NCBI GenBank assembly: GCA_009787085.1
Contig: WRGR01000045.1
Span: forward strand, 75-64,074
DNA: 64,000 nucleotides
From: Actinomycetes bacterium
Lineage (GTDB): Bacteria > Actinomycetota > Coriobacteriia > Coriobacteriales > UBA8131
Reading direction: 5' to 3'
Below, piece by piece: positions 47,120 to 55,460 of the stretch; the stretch's first letter is position 1, and each line of letters begins with the position of its first letter. Both the position numbers and the translations under genes were made by a program. The notes under the pieces are model-generated. The model did no database searches. It was not told the origin of the DNA and saw nothing but the letters and a program-made list of their open reading frames with translations.

Positions 47120-48163
47120 TCAAACCGGTAATGGCCGCGCTCTTGGCTGCGTTTTCGCGCTTCCCCAACTGTCCGTTTGTTGGATATCTATTATAACGGC
47201 CTCGGCAAACTCCGCCGCCGTGAGGCTGCCTGTGCAGCGCCCACGGCAAAGCTCCGTCAGGTCGTGCCACTCAATGCGCGGGTCACGTTTGAACCATGTT
47301 TCTTGGCGCTTGGCCAAGCGGCGGGTGGAGCGCTTGATGTCCTCTGTTGCCTCTGCCAGCGAAACTGAGCCTCGGAGCACCCCTACCAGCTCTTTGTAGC
47401 CGATGGCCTGCATCGCCGGGGTGTCATCTGGCAAGCCCCGGGCGAGCAGCGCCTCAACCTCTTGTAGCAGGCCAGCCGCCAACATGGCATCCACTCGGGC
47501 GTTGATCAGTTCGTAAAGCAAATCGCGCTGCACCGTCAAACCGATGAAGCGAGTTGGCAAAACAGCTTGGAAACGACTAAAGCCGGCGCTGGCCTGAACA
47601 TAGCTGGTGCCCTGCTGGCAAAGCTCCAAAGCCCGCAGCACCCGCCGCACGTTGTTTGGGTGGATCAAAGCCGCGCTGGCCGGGTCACGCTCGGCCAACA
47701 GCGCATGAAAGCCTTCCGCCCCCAGTTCGGCGGCCTGTTGCTGCAGCTGCGCCCGCGACCTGCCGCCACTGCCACTGCCCTCTGCCTCCCTGCCCTCATC
47801 CAACTGGAAATCGTCCAAGGCAGCCCGGATGTAAAGACCAGTGCCGCCACAAAACACAACGGGCTTATCCCGGCTTTGGATATCGGCGATCACCTGACGG
47901 GCATAGCGCTGGTAGAGGGCAGCGGTGAAGCCATCCGCTGGGTCCACCAAATCGATGCCGTGATAGGCAACACTGCGCTCAGCAATCGGGGTTTTGGCAG
48001 TGCCAATATCCATGCCCCGGTAGACCTGCATGGAATCGGCGCTGACAACTTCGCCGCCAAGGCGGTAGGCCAGCGCGTCGGCCACTAGGGACTTACCGGT
48101 AGCAGTCGGGCCAACCACCGCGAACAAAGGCCGGCTCACGGGTGGCTCACACCAGCTCTCCAC
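47120..48163 (-). CDS. miaA: tRNA dimethylallyltransferase MiaA
   Basis: LFAVVGPTATGKSLVADALA...VVSADSMQVYRGMDIGTAK...HGIDLVDP...VFCGGTGLYI. The ORF opens at GTG 48163, overlapping miaB by 17 nt. GTG 48139 is an alternative start. Confidence 0.9.
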   Translation of the reverse strand: MESWCEPPVSRPLFAVVGPTATGKSLVADALAYRLGGEVVSADSMQVYRGMDIGTAKTPIAERSVAYHGIDLVDPADGFTAALYQRYARQVIADIQSRDKPVVFCGGTGLYIRAALDDFQLDEGREAEGSGSGGRSRAQLQQQAAELGAEGFHALLAERDPASAALIHPNNVRRVLRALELCQQGTSYVQASAGFSRFQAVLPTRFIGLTVQRDLLYELINARVDAMLAAGLLQEVEALLARGLPDDTPAMQAIGYKELVGVLRGSVSLAEATEDIKRSTRRLAKRQETWFKRDPRIEWHDLTELCRGRCTGSLTAAEFAEAVIIDIQQTDSWGSAKTQPRARPLPV

Positions 48164-49517
48164 GCAAATACCAAGTGCGTGCCTCAGTCACCTGCACCTT
48201 CAGGATGCGACCGCAAAGCCGTTCGCTGTCAACACCCGCTGGGGCCGGCGCATGCACTGTTTGGTTTTTGGGGCTGCGGCCAGTCAGCATGTTCGCGTCA
48301 CGCTTGCTGGTCCCCTCCACCAACACTTCGACCGTCTGCCCCAGCTCACCTTGGTTGGCTTGCCAAGCGCTCTGCTGCACCAGTGTCACCAGCCGCTCAA
48401 AACGATCCTGAATGACCACTGCCGGGGTGGCATCAACGACCTTGGCCGCCGGGGTGCCCTGACGCTTGGAGTAGATGAAGGTGAAGGCCTGAGAATAGCC
48501 GACTTCCTGTACCAGTTGGCAGGTGGCCTCGAAGTCGGCCTCGGTCTCACCCGGAAAGCCAACGATGATGTCTGTGGAGAGGGCCGGCGTGTTGGCGCCT
48601 TTGCCGGACATGGCGCAAGCCGCCCGCAGCTCATGCACCAACCCCAAGTAGTGCTCCACTGAATAATGGCGGTTCATGGCGGCCAACACCCGGTTCGATC
48701 CACTCTGGACGGGCAGGTGCAGATGCGGCATAACGGCGGCGGTGTGGGCAAAAGCCTCAATACTTTGCGGACTCAAGTCTTTGGGGTGGCTGGTGGTGAA
48801 GCGCAGGCGCGCCAGGCCGCTTTGCCCCACCGCCACCAGCAAATCGGCAAAGCGCGGCTGGCCGTACAAGTCGCGGCCATAGGAATTGACGTTTTGCCCA
48901 AGCAAAGTGACCTCGACCACACCTTCGGCCAACAGCCGCTCCAGCTCCGCCATAATGTCTGGGAAAGGACGGCTTTTCTCCCGACCACGCACATAAGGAA
49001 CAATGCAATAGGAGCAAAAATTGTTGCAGCCGGTCATGATCGGCAGCCAAGCATGCCAAGCTTGCGAGCGCCGCGACGGCAAACTGGTGGCCGGCTGGCA
49101 CTCGCAAGCCAACAACTCCACCTGATGCCCCTCGCCTGCCAATACGGCTTGAACTAGGTCGGGCAGCGCGGCGAGGTTATGTGTGCCGAAGACGATGTCG
49201 ATGTGAGGAAGCTGCTCGATCAGCCGGGCACCGTCGCGCTGGCCAATGCAGCCACCGACGGCAATGATCCTAGGGGCAAGCCCGGGCTGCGGCAGGTTCT
49301 TCAGCGAGGCCACCTGCCCCAACAGGCGTTCGTCGGCCTTCTCGCGCACACAGCAAGTCATGAAGACCACCAGCTCGGCCTGCTCGGCTCCAGACACCGG
49401 CAAGGCCCCCAGCGACTCCAACATGCCAGCAATCCGCTCCGAGTCGTGGAAGCTCATTTGGCAGCCAAAAGTGCGCAGGTGGTATGTCAGGCCGTTCAAA
49501 CGCTGCGATGCAGACAT
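48147..49517 (-). CDS. miaB: tRNA-2-methylthio-N6-dimethylallyladenosine synthase MiaB
   Basis: YHLRTFGCQMSFHDSE...IMTGCNNFCSYCIVPYVRG (radical SAM CxxxCxxC), followed by a TRAM-like C-terminus. The start was trimmed to M13 (ATG 49517), which shares one nucleotide with the upstream TGA. Confidence 0.93.
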   Translation of the reverse strand: MSASQRLNGLTYHLRTFGCQMSFHDSERIAGMLESLGALPVSGAEQAELVVFMTCCVREKADERLLGQVASLKNLPQPGLAPRIIAVGGCIGQRDGARLIEQLPHIDIVFGTHNLAALPDLVQAVLAGEGHQVELLACECQPATSLPSRRSQAWHAWLPIMTGCNNFCSYCIVPYVRGREKSRPFPDIMAELERLLAEGVVEVTLLGQNVNSYGRDLYGQPRFADLLVAVGQSGLARLRFTTSHPKDLSPQSIEAFAHTAAVMPHLHLPVQSGSNRVLAAMNRHYSVEHYLGLVHELRAACAMSGKGANTPALSTDIIVGFPGETEADFEATCQLVQEVGYSQAFTFIYSKRQGTPAAKVVDATPAVVIQDRFERLVTLVQQSAWQANQGELGQTVEVLVEGTSKRDANMLTGRSPKNQTVHAPAPAGVDSERLCGRILKVQVTEARTWYLRGELV

Positions 49518-49861
49518 CAGGATTCGGAGAAGTTCGCCCCGTAGGTCACCCAATCGAAATGGGCATCCTCACCCATTTCGGCACTCTTGATGCCGCGCAG
49601 ATAGCGCGGCTCGACTGCGAATCGGATGGCTGTACGGACATCGCCGTTGATATCGACATCAGCAAAGGCCGGCGCACAAACTATCTCAATGCCGACAGGC
49701 GCCAAGAAGCCTCTAGCAATGGCAATGGCCTTCACGGCCTGATTCACCGCCCCAGCCCCCACGGACTGGATCTCAACAGGAACTCCGTCCTTGATCATGC
49801 CAGCTATGGCACCGGCAACTGATGAGGGCGATGACTTTGATGACACTTTTAGATATTCCAT
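49517..49861 (-). CDS. SpoVS-family protein with a C-terminal extension of about 28 aa
   Basis: MEYLKVSSKSSPSSVAGAIAGMIKDGVPVEIQSVGAGAVNQAVKAIAIARGFLAPVGIEIVCAPAFADVDINGDVRTAIRFAVEPRY matches the 86-aa SpoVS sequence nearly position by position. It then continues LRGIKSAEMGEDAHFDWVTYGANFSES. Confidence 0.85.
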   Translation of the reverse strand: MEYLKVSSKSSPSSVAGAIAGMIKDGVPVEIQSVGAGAVNQAVKAIAIARGFLAPVGIEIVCAPAFADVDINGDVRTAIRFAVEPRYLRGIKSAEMGEDAHFDWVTYGANFSES

Positions 49862-50045
49862 ATGCGCCCAAGCCTTCTGTTCTACATTCATACTTCATTT
49901 ATGTTTCAATGTGTTCGGTTTTTTGGCTATGTTCCCAACAAAAGTCCATTGCTAAACAGGTAATGGGCAATTGACTGTCGCGGACTGTTTAGTATGGCAT
50001 GTATCCCCTGCTTATGCAAGCATCCGCGCTAGGGAGGCGCCGTGA

Positions 50046-50495
50046 TTAACTGTGCTTCCCTAATCGCCCTTGTTTTCGCCTGCTGTGCATGATAGCAAGG
50101 ATGCCGACGAACAGGAGGCGCAACAGCAGCAGCAGGTAAAAAGCGATGGCAACCGCAAGATAGATGTTAGTGCCTGCGAGTATCTTCGAATAAAGCAGCG
50201 TGAACACAAGGATGGTGCAGGCCGCCGCAACCACGACCCCGATAAAGCAACAAACCATGTTGAAGACCTTATGAGTTGCATTCGAGCGCATAAGAGACCC
50301 GTAGAATCCCATTGCCAAGAGAATCAGCAGCACCATGCAGACGCTCAGAAGAAGACACACCTGATACGGGATCTGTGCCCTATAGTATGCGTACTGCTCC
50401 AACCAGACTGAAAACCATGGAATAGCAACAAGCATGGCCAGAGGAGCCAGCACGGAGGCTGTAAGGAATGTGAATATTCGCACCAAAACCTGCAT
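50046..50495 (-). CDS. Hypothetical membrane protein (4 TM)
   Basis: 149 aa with four long hydrophobic segments and a basic C-terminus (HSRRKQGRLGKHS). I recognise no motif. Confidence 0.55.
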   Translation of the reverse strand: MQVLVRIFTFLTASVLAPLAMLVAIPWFSVWLEQYAYYRAQIPYQVCLLLSVCMVLLILLAMGFYGSLMRSNATHKVFNMVCCFIGVVVAAACTILVFTLLYSKILAGTNIYLAVAIAFYLLLLLRLLFVGILAIMHSRRKQGRLGKHS

Positions 50496-50562
50496 ATCAA
50501 CTCACATCCATCCCAAGGCTACCGAGTGCCAGACAGTATCAGTGTGGCACTGCAACGCCCGG

Positions 50563-51873
50563 CTACTCAATGACACCGGGTATTTTCTCGCTGTCAGCAA
50601 CAAATGGCACCTTGCCCGCAATGAACTTCTTTTTCACCGAAGCCCATTGGTCATCGACAGGCACAACATACGAGCCACCGGCAATGAAGGTCGAGACAGA
50701 AGGCACTTGGCCAGTATATATGTCGGTGCTAGCGCTCATGCCGCGCAAGCTCTGCACCATCGCAATGATCTGATCTGTGCTCATATCGGTATTAAGATAC
50801 TTGCTGATAGTGGTAATCAGCTCAGGCATCGATGTTGCTGGTGATCTGAGCAAGTCATCAGCGACGACCTTTATCAGTTGGCGGTGATTGGCGGTCCGCT
50901 GGAAGTCACCTGCCCCATAGGTCTTTCGGCAACGGGCGAAGATCAGGGCTTGCTCGCCGTTTAGCTTCTGCTTCCCAGCCTGAATAGCTATGCCGTCATA
51001 ATAGGTGTAGGCGGGAACATCCACCGTAACACCGCCCAGCGCGTTAACAATATCCTTAAAGCCAGTGAAGTCCATCTGCACATAGTGGGCAATAGGCACA
51101 CCCACGAAGTCTGAAACCGCTTTTACCGCCTCTTTCGGTCCGCCGTAGATCATGGCTGCGTTGATCTTGTCTTTTCCGTGTCCCGGCAAATCGACCCTCG
51201 TGTCGCGGGGGATGGAGAGCAAAGAAACCTGTTTTTTAGCCGGGTCAATGCGACATAAGATGATGGCATCCGAACGTCCCGCCACCCCCGGCTGGCGGTT
51301 GTCTGAGCCCAGCACCAGCACATAGTAAGGATCACCAGCAGCTACTGGCTCGGTTGGCGACCCGCCTGAAACCTGTAGGCTTCCAAGCGGCAGGCCCTGC
51401 AACATGCTACTGACAGGAACCGTGCCATCAAAGTTGTTCGCTAGCCCGTTTACTGCCCCCAGCCGCCAAATGCCGAAACAGGCCAGCGATACCAGCACTA
51501 ATGCGCCAACAACAACAGCGGCAATCCTTCCTTTGCCCAGCCTACGGTGTTTTGAGCTGCTGCCTTCCTCAAAATGGGCGTTTCCCTTGGGACTTGGCGC
51601 TTGCCCGTCGGCGTTAGCGGGGCCTGGCGCTTGCCCGTCGGCGTTAGCGGGGCCTGGCGCTTGCCCGTCGGCACCCCCGAGCTCCACAACTTGTTCGTCA
51701 ACCTTCTCGTCCTCTACAGCAACTCGCTCGGCGGCCTCATCAAGACTCGGCTTTTGTCCATCAGTGCCTTCTGGGCCTGACACTTGCTCATGCCCATCTG
51801 CCTGTTCGCCGTTTTCTTGTCTGCTACTCTTCGGCATGCCGTTTTCTTGTTTACCGTTCTTTTTTTTAGTCAT
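50563..51873 (-). CDS. LCP (LytR-CpsA-Psr) family glycopolymer transferase
   Basis: YYVLVLGSDNRQPGVAGRSDAIILCRIDPAKKQVSLLSIPRDTRVDLPGHG..KINAAMIYGGP...VQMDFTGFKDIVNALGGVTVDVP. It has an N-terminal charged repeat region and a single TM. Confidence 0.9.
   Translation of the reverse strand: MTKKKNGKQENGMPKSSRQENGEQADGHEQVSGPEGTDGQKPSLDEAAERVAVEDEKVDEQVVELGGADGQAPGPANADGQAPGPANADGQAPSPKGNAHFEEGSSSKHRRLGKGRIAAVVVGALVLVSLACFGIWRLGAVNGLANNFDGTVPVSSMLQGLPLGSLQVSGGSPTEPVAAGDPYYVLVLGSDNRQPGVAGRSDAIILCRIDPAKKQVSLLSIPRDTRVDLPGHGKDKINAAMIYGGPKEAVKAVSDFVGVPIAHYVQMDFTGFKDIVNALGGVTVDVPAYTYYDGIAIQAGKQKLNGEQALIFARCRKTYGAGDFQRTANHRQLIKVVADDLLRSPATSMPELITTISKYLNTDMSTDQIIAMVQSLRGMSASTDIYTGQVPSVSTFIAGGSYVVPVDDQWASVKKKFIAGKVPFVADSEKIPGVIE
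51595..51674. repeat. 30-bp coding tandem repeat (about 2.7 copies) in the LCP N-terminal region
   Basis: TGGCGCTTGCCCGTCGGCGTTAGCGGGGCC occurs at 51595-51624 and 51625-51654, with a partial third unit. It encodes (NADGQAPGPA)n. Confidence 0.9.
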
Positions 51874-51951
51874 TGTCCAAACCCTTCTATCCTGTTCGAA
51901 TGGCAGCGCCCTCGTGGCAAGGCATGTGCTGTGAGGGGCCGATATTCTGTC

Positions 51952-52767
51952 TTAACGTGTTTGCTCCATCAAACGCCAGCGCATCAACATCAATGCCGCA
52001 CCGATCACCAACAATAGGCCGGAAAGCATCAAGAGGCGCAGATCAACAGCATGGTAGAGCGGCTGCCCATGAGCCACAACGGCCAAGTGTTCGGCATGAA
52101 TGTCAGCCAAGCCCTGATGATCAGGGCAATCGGCATGAAAGGTGCCGAAAACCAAAACTACATCGCCACTTTGGCCATAACGACCGAGGTTTTCTATCTG
52201 GGCAGCATCTGACGGGGAGCAAAGCACACTAATGCTGGAATCACCCTCGTCCAGTGCCAGCCAGAACATGTCGTCAGAGGCTTTGATGATGTCGCCGACC
52301 ACCTCGCCTTGAACACTCACCTTCATGCCATCCAGTTGGCGGCCAGCGGCATTCAGCGCTGGGATGCTGGATGTCGCCTCGTCGCCCGACGGCTCGGCTG
52401 CGGTCCGGACATCCGGCGGCTGAAGTTCAGTGTCCATATCACCAACAACCGGTGTGTCTGGCCCTTGGCTGATCGACGCGGCAAAAACGCTGCCGACCGC
52501 CAACATAACCACCAGCCCGGTGACAAGGCCGACAATCACCAACCACTGCCGATGCCGCTGGGGCTGGGGCTGCTGTGGCCGCTGCTGCTGCTGCTGGGGC
52601 TGGGGCTGCTGTGGCCGCTGCTGCTGCTGCTGGGGCTGGGGCTGCTGTGGCCGCTGCTGCTGGGGCTGGGGCCGCTGTGGCCGCTGCTGCCGGGGCTGGG
52701 GCCGCTGTGGCCGCTGCTGCTGGGGCTGGGACCGCTGCCGCTGGGGCCGCTGCCGCTGGGGCACCAC
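51952..52767 (-). CDS. Membrane protein with a Gln/Pro/Arg-repeat N-terminus, a TM, an OB-fold-like extracytoplasmic domain and a C-terminal TM
   Basis: The start was reassigned to GTG 52767-52765, because AGGAGG lies 8-9 nt upstream, inside the last codons of trkH. The sequence is (Q)nRPQQPQPQ repeats, then WLVIVGLVTGLVVMLAV, then MKVSVQGEVVGDIIKASDDMFWLALDEGDSSISVLC...VVLVFGTFHADCPDHQG, then a C-terminal TM. Confidence 0.6.
   Translation of the reverse strand: MVPQRQRPQRQRSQPQQQRPQRPQPRQQRPQRPQPQQQRPQQPQPQQQQQRPQQPQPQQQQQRPQQPQPQRHRQWLVIVGLVTGLVVMLAVGSVFAASISQGPDTPVVGDMDTELQPPDVRTAAEPSGDEATSSIPALNAAGRQLDGMKVSVQGEVVGDIIKASDDMFWLALDEGDSSISVLCSPSDAAQIENLGRYGQSGDVVLVFGTFHADCPDHQGLADIHAEHLAVVAHGQPLYHAVDLRLLMLSGLLLVIGAALMLMRWRLMEQTR
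52558..52762. repeat. Coding tandem array of 36-bp and 30-bp units (CTGGGGCTGGGGCTGCTGTGGCCGCTGCTG...)
   Basis: There are two 36-bp units (52558-52593 and 52594-52629), three 30-bp units (52630-52719) and degenerate shorter units to about 52762. All are multiples of 3. Confidence 0.85.
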
Positions 52768-52768
52768 C

Positions 52769-54292
52769 CTAACCCCTCCTCTTGCGCGGTTTGAGCGATG
52801 CCAGCAAGCCGGCAAACAAGGCGAGCAGAGTAAAAAACTCCAAACGCCCCATCCACATCTGCAAAACATAAACGACTTTCAAGGCCAAAGGCGCGTCCGG
52901 GGTAACGATCCCAGCCGAAAGCCCGGCGTTAGAGGCCGCAGAAACCGACTCCAAGGCAGACGGCAAGGCATCGTAGCCGGCGACAATGCCAGCTAAGGTG
53001 CCCAGCAGATAGCTGACGATGTACAAGAGTGTCACCACCATCGCAGTATTGGCGGCTTCGGTGCTGATCAGGTGGCGTCCGTTATGGTAGTAGCTGGTAG
53101 TGTCGCGGGCGGATCCCGGTGAGAGCAAGGCCTTCGTCCGGGCGACCACCAATTTGAAAACAATGCCCACCCGCAAGGCCTTGATACCGCCGGCGGTAGA
53201 GCCAACACTGCCACCGAGAGCCATAGAGATAATCAAGATCATGAATGCCCCACTGGAGAGCAGACTGGTTGTCTGATGAGTGGCGAACAACTGATAGCCA
53301 GTATTGGTAGCAGCAGAAACGATAGTAAAGAAGCCCCGCCGCAACAAAGTACCCATCTCGTCCAAATAACCGCCGGCCACCAGTGCTGCCGTGAACAGCA
53401 CCAAGATCAGTGCGATCCAAGCCGCCAAGGTACGCAGTTCGATATCTCGGAAGAAGTCACGCACTGCCTCTTTCCAATTACCGTGCCAAAGGCGGGCATA
53501 AACGGCAAAATTCACTGCTCCCATACACATCAACACCATAGTGATGAACTCCAGCGGCCAAGAATGATAATAGATCATAGAAAGCCCTTGTGGTGCAAAC
53601 CCACCTGTATCATAAGAACCAATTGTCAACCAAAGAGAGTGGAACAGGGCCCGCGGCGGCTCCATGCCCAAGATCATCGTGATACAGCAAAGCACTGAGG
53701 TGCCAATCAGCGTCACCACTGCGGAGAAGCGCCAGATGAACTGGGCGGTCCTCTTGATGTACGGCATCACAAACTCCTCCCGGCCTTCGGCGTTGTAGAA
53801 GGAGGAACCAGTCTTGCTGAAAAGCCCGATTGACAAAGCAATGACTATCACACCTTGGCCGCCAAGAAACTGCATCATGAAACGCCACATATTGTCAGCC
53901 ATTGATGCATGGTCGATGTTTCTGGCCAGTGACAGCCCAGTGGCAGTAAAACCAGAGACACATTCAAAGAAGGCATCGAAATAAGATAAGAAATGACCGG
54001 AAAGCCAAAGCGGCACCGCCGCTACCAAGGCGGCGACGATCCAGATCAGGCCGGTGACCACAATGGCCTGTTTGCGTTTCAACTCACTGGGTGCCACCCG
54101 CGCCAAGCGCAGCAGCGATCCCACCGCCAACGCACAACCGATGCCCACCAAGTAATGGGCACTCACCGCGAATTCCCCGAATAGCAACGATACGATCAGC
54201 GGGGCGAGCATCAACACTGCCAGCAACTGTACCAAGATGCCTAGGTAGCGGCAAATGTTCGCCAGATCGTCGCGTCCAAACCGTGGCCACAT
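52769..54292 (-). CDS. trkH: TrkH-family potassium uptake protein
   Basis: 507 aa, polytopic. It has repeated pore-loop-like motifs (SGFTATGLS, GSYDTGGFA, ATNTGYQ, SAASNAGLS) typical of TrkH/KtrB. Confidence 0.9.
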   Translation of the reverse strand: MWPRFGRDDLANICRYLGILVQLLAVLMLAPLIVSLLFGEFAVSAHYLVGIGCALAVGSLLRLARVAPSELKRKQAIVVTGLIWIVAALVAAVPLWLSGHFLSYFDAFFECVSGFTATGLSLARNIDHASMADNMWRFMMQFLGGQGVIVIALSIGLFSKTGSSFYNAEGREEFVMPYIKRTAQFIWRFSAVVTLIGTSVLCCITMILGMEPPRALFHSLWLTIGSYDTGGFAPQGLSMIYYHSWPLEFITMVLMCMGAVNFAVYARLWHGNWKEAVRDFFRDIELRTLAAWIALILVLFTAALVAGGYLDEMGTLLRRGFFTIVSAATNTGYQLFATHQTTSLLSSGAFMILIISMALGGSVGSTAGGIKALRVGIVFKLVVARTKALLSPGSARDTTSYYHNGRHLISTEAANTAMVVTLLYIVSYLLGTLAGIVAGYDALPSALESVSAASNAGLSAGIVTPDAPLALKVVYVLQMWMGRLEFFTLLALFAGLLASLKPRKRRG

Positions 54293-54298
54293 CAGCGT

Positions 54299-54466
54299 TT
54301 ATCCAATCAGAAGCTTCTCAAGAGCACAAACAGCGATGAGCAATAAGAGAAAAATCGCCATCACAGCCACCACCATGAACAGTGCGGCCAACGGTACATC
54401 CCGACGTAGCCGCCGGGATCTCGTGACCCCTTTGCGCAAGAGCTTCTTACCCGAATAGATAGCCAT
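54299..54466 (-). CDS. Possible 55-aa single-TM protein between the PNP gene and trkH
   Basis: The internal ATG of ORF 54299..54619 lies downstream of the PNP stop. The sequence is MAIYSGKKLLRKGVTRSRRLRRDVPLAALFMVVAVMAIFLLLLIAVCALEKLLIG, and the SD is weak (GAGG). Confidence 0.35.
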   Translation of the reverse strand: MAIYSGKKLLRKGVTRSRRLRRDVPLAALFMVVAVMAIFLLLLIAVCALEKLLIG

Positions 54467-54485
54467 GTCTACGTGCCGCCTCGGC

Positions 54486-55352
54486 CTAGGAAAACGTCGG
54501 CCAATGCTGTTGGCGGCCACGCGGCAGTTTGGCGATGACCCCCTGCAGCAAGCCCTGCAGACGTTGGTCGGCCAAGCGCGATGCTGCCAGCACGTCATCG
54601 CCAGAAAGCGGCCTGTCACCGAGGCCAGCCGCCGGATTGGAAATCATAGAGATGCCCAGAACCTGCATGCCCAGCTGGACAGCGGCCAGCACCTCGAAGA
54701 TTGTGGACATCCCCACAGCATCGGCACCAAGCGTCCTAAACGCCCGGATCTCTGCCGGAGTTTCAAAGCTTGGTCCGCGAACACCGAGGTAGACACCTTC
54801 CTGTAAGATCACACCAAGACCTGCGGCCACATCTTTGGCAGACCGCCGCAGCTCGGGCGAGTAAGCATGGCTCATGTCGATGAAATCATCTAGGCCTTGA
54901 TCCTCGCCAAAGGTCAGGGGACTGGCGGCGGTGAAGTTGATGTGGTCGCTGATCAGCATCAGGTCACCGACGGCGAATGCCGGGTTGATACCACCAGCAG
55001 CGTTGGTTACTACCAAGGTGTGCGCACCCATGGCCCTGGCAGCCTGCAGCGGCAAGACGATCTGCTCCGGCGTGTTGCCCTCATAATAATGCAGACGCCC
55101 CTGCATACAGAGCACCGGGCAGCCCGCGATGCTGCCGAAGATCAAACGACCGGTATGCCCCGGTGCCGTGCTGGTTTGAAAATGGGGGATATCTTGGTAG
55201 CCAATGCTCACAGCGTCATCCACGGCAGCGGCACAGTCGTTGAGCCCTGATCCAAGAATAATAAGCACCTCGGGGCTGCCCGTCTCAAGGTGACTTTCCA
55301 GCCGTCTTGCGAGAAAATCCAGAGTCTCGTTGATCCGGTCTTTTAGAGCCAT
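54486..55352 (-). CDS. Purine nucleoside phosphorylase (trimeric PNP/PunA type)
   Basis: ILGSGLN...HFQTSTAPGHTGRLIFG...CMQGRLHYYEG...LVVTNAAGGINP...YLGVRGPSFETPAEIRAFRTLGADAVGMSTIFEV. Confidence 0.92.
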   Translation of the reverse strand: MALKDRINETLDFLARRLESHLETGSPEVLIILGSGLNDCAAAVDDAVSIGYQDIPHFQTSTAPGHTGRLIFGSIAGCPVLCMQGRLHYYEGNTPEQIVLPLQAARAMGAHTLVVTNAAGGINPAFAVGDLMLISDHINFTAASPLTFGEDQGLDDFIDMSHAYSPELRRSAKDVAAGLGVILQEGVYLGVRGPSFETPAEIRAFRTLGADAVGMSTIFEVLAAVQLGMQVLGISMISNPAAGLGDRPLSGDDVLAASRLADQRLQGLLQGVIAKLPRGRQQHWPTFS

Positions 55353-55460
55353 CGCCTACCTTTCCCATACAACCGCCGCCGCACACCTTCCCTTGGGCTG
55401 GAACTTGGCCAACGCTTTTGTTACTATCAGTGCTTCATTATACGACAGGAGATTTGACTT

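Noticed and set aside
52430-52996. Plus-strand ORFs with CCGRCCCCWGWG or poly-Ala repeats
   Set aside because: They are alternative and antisense frames of the 36/30-bp coding repeat of the Q/P/R-rich protein.
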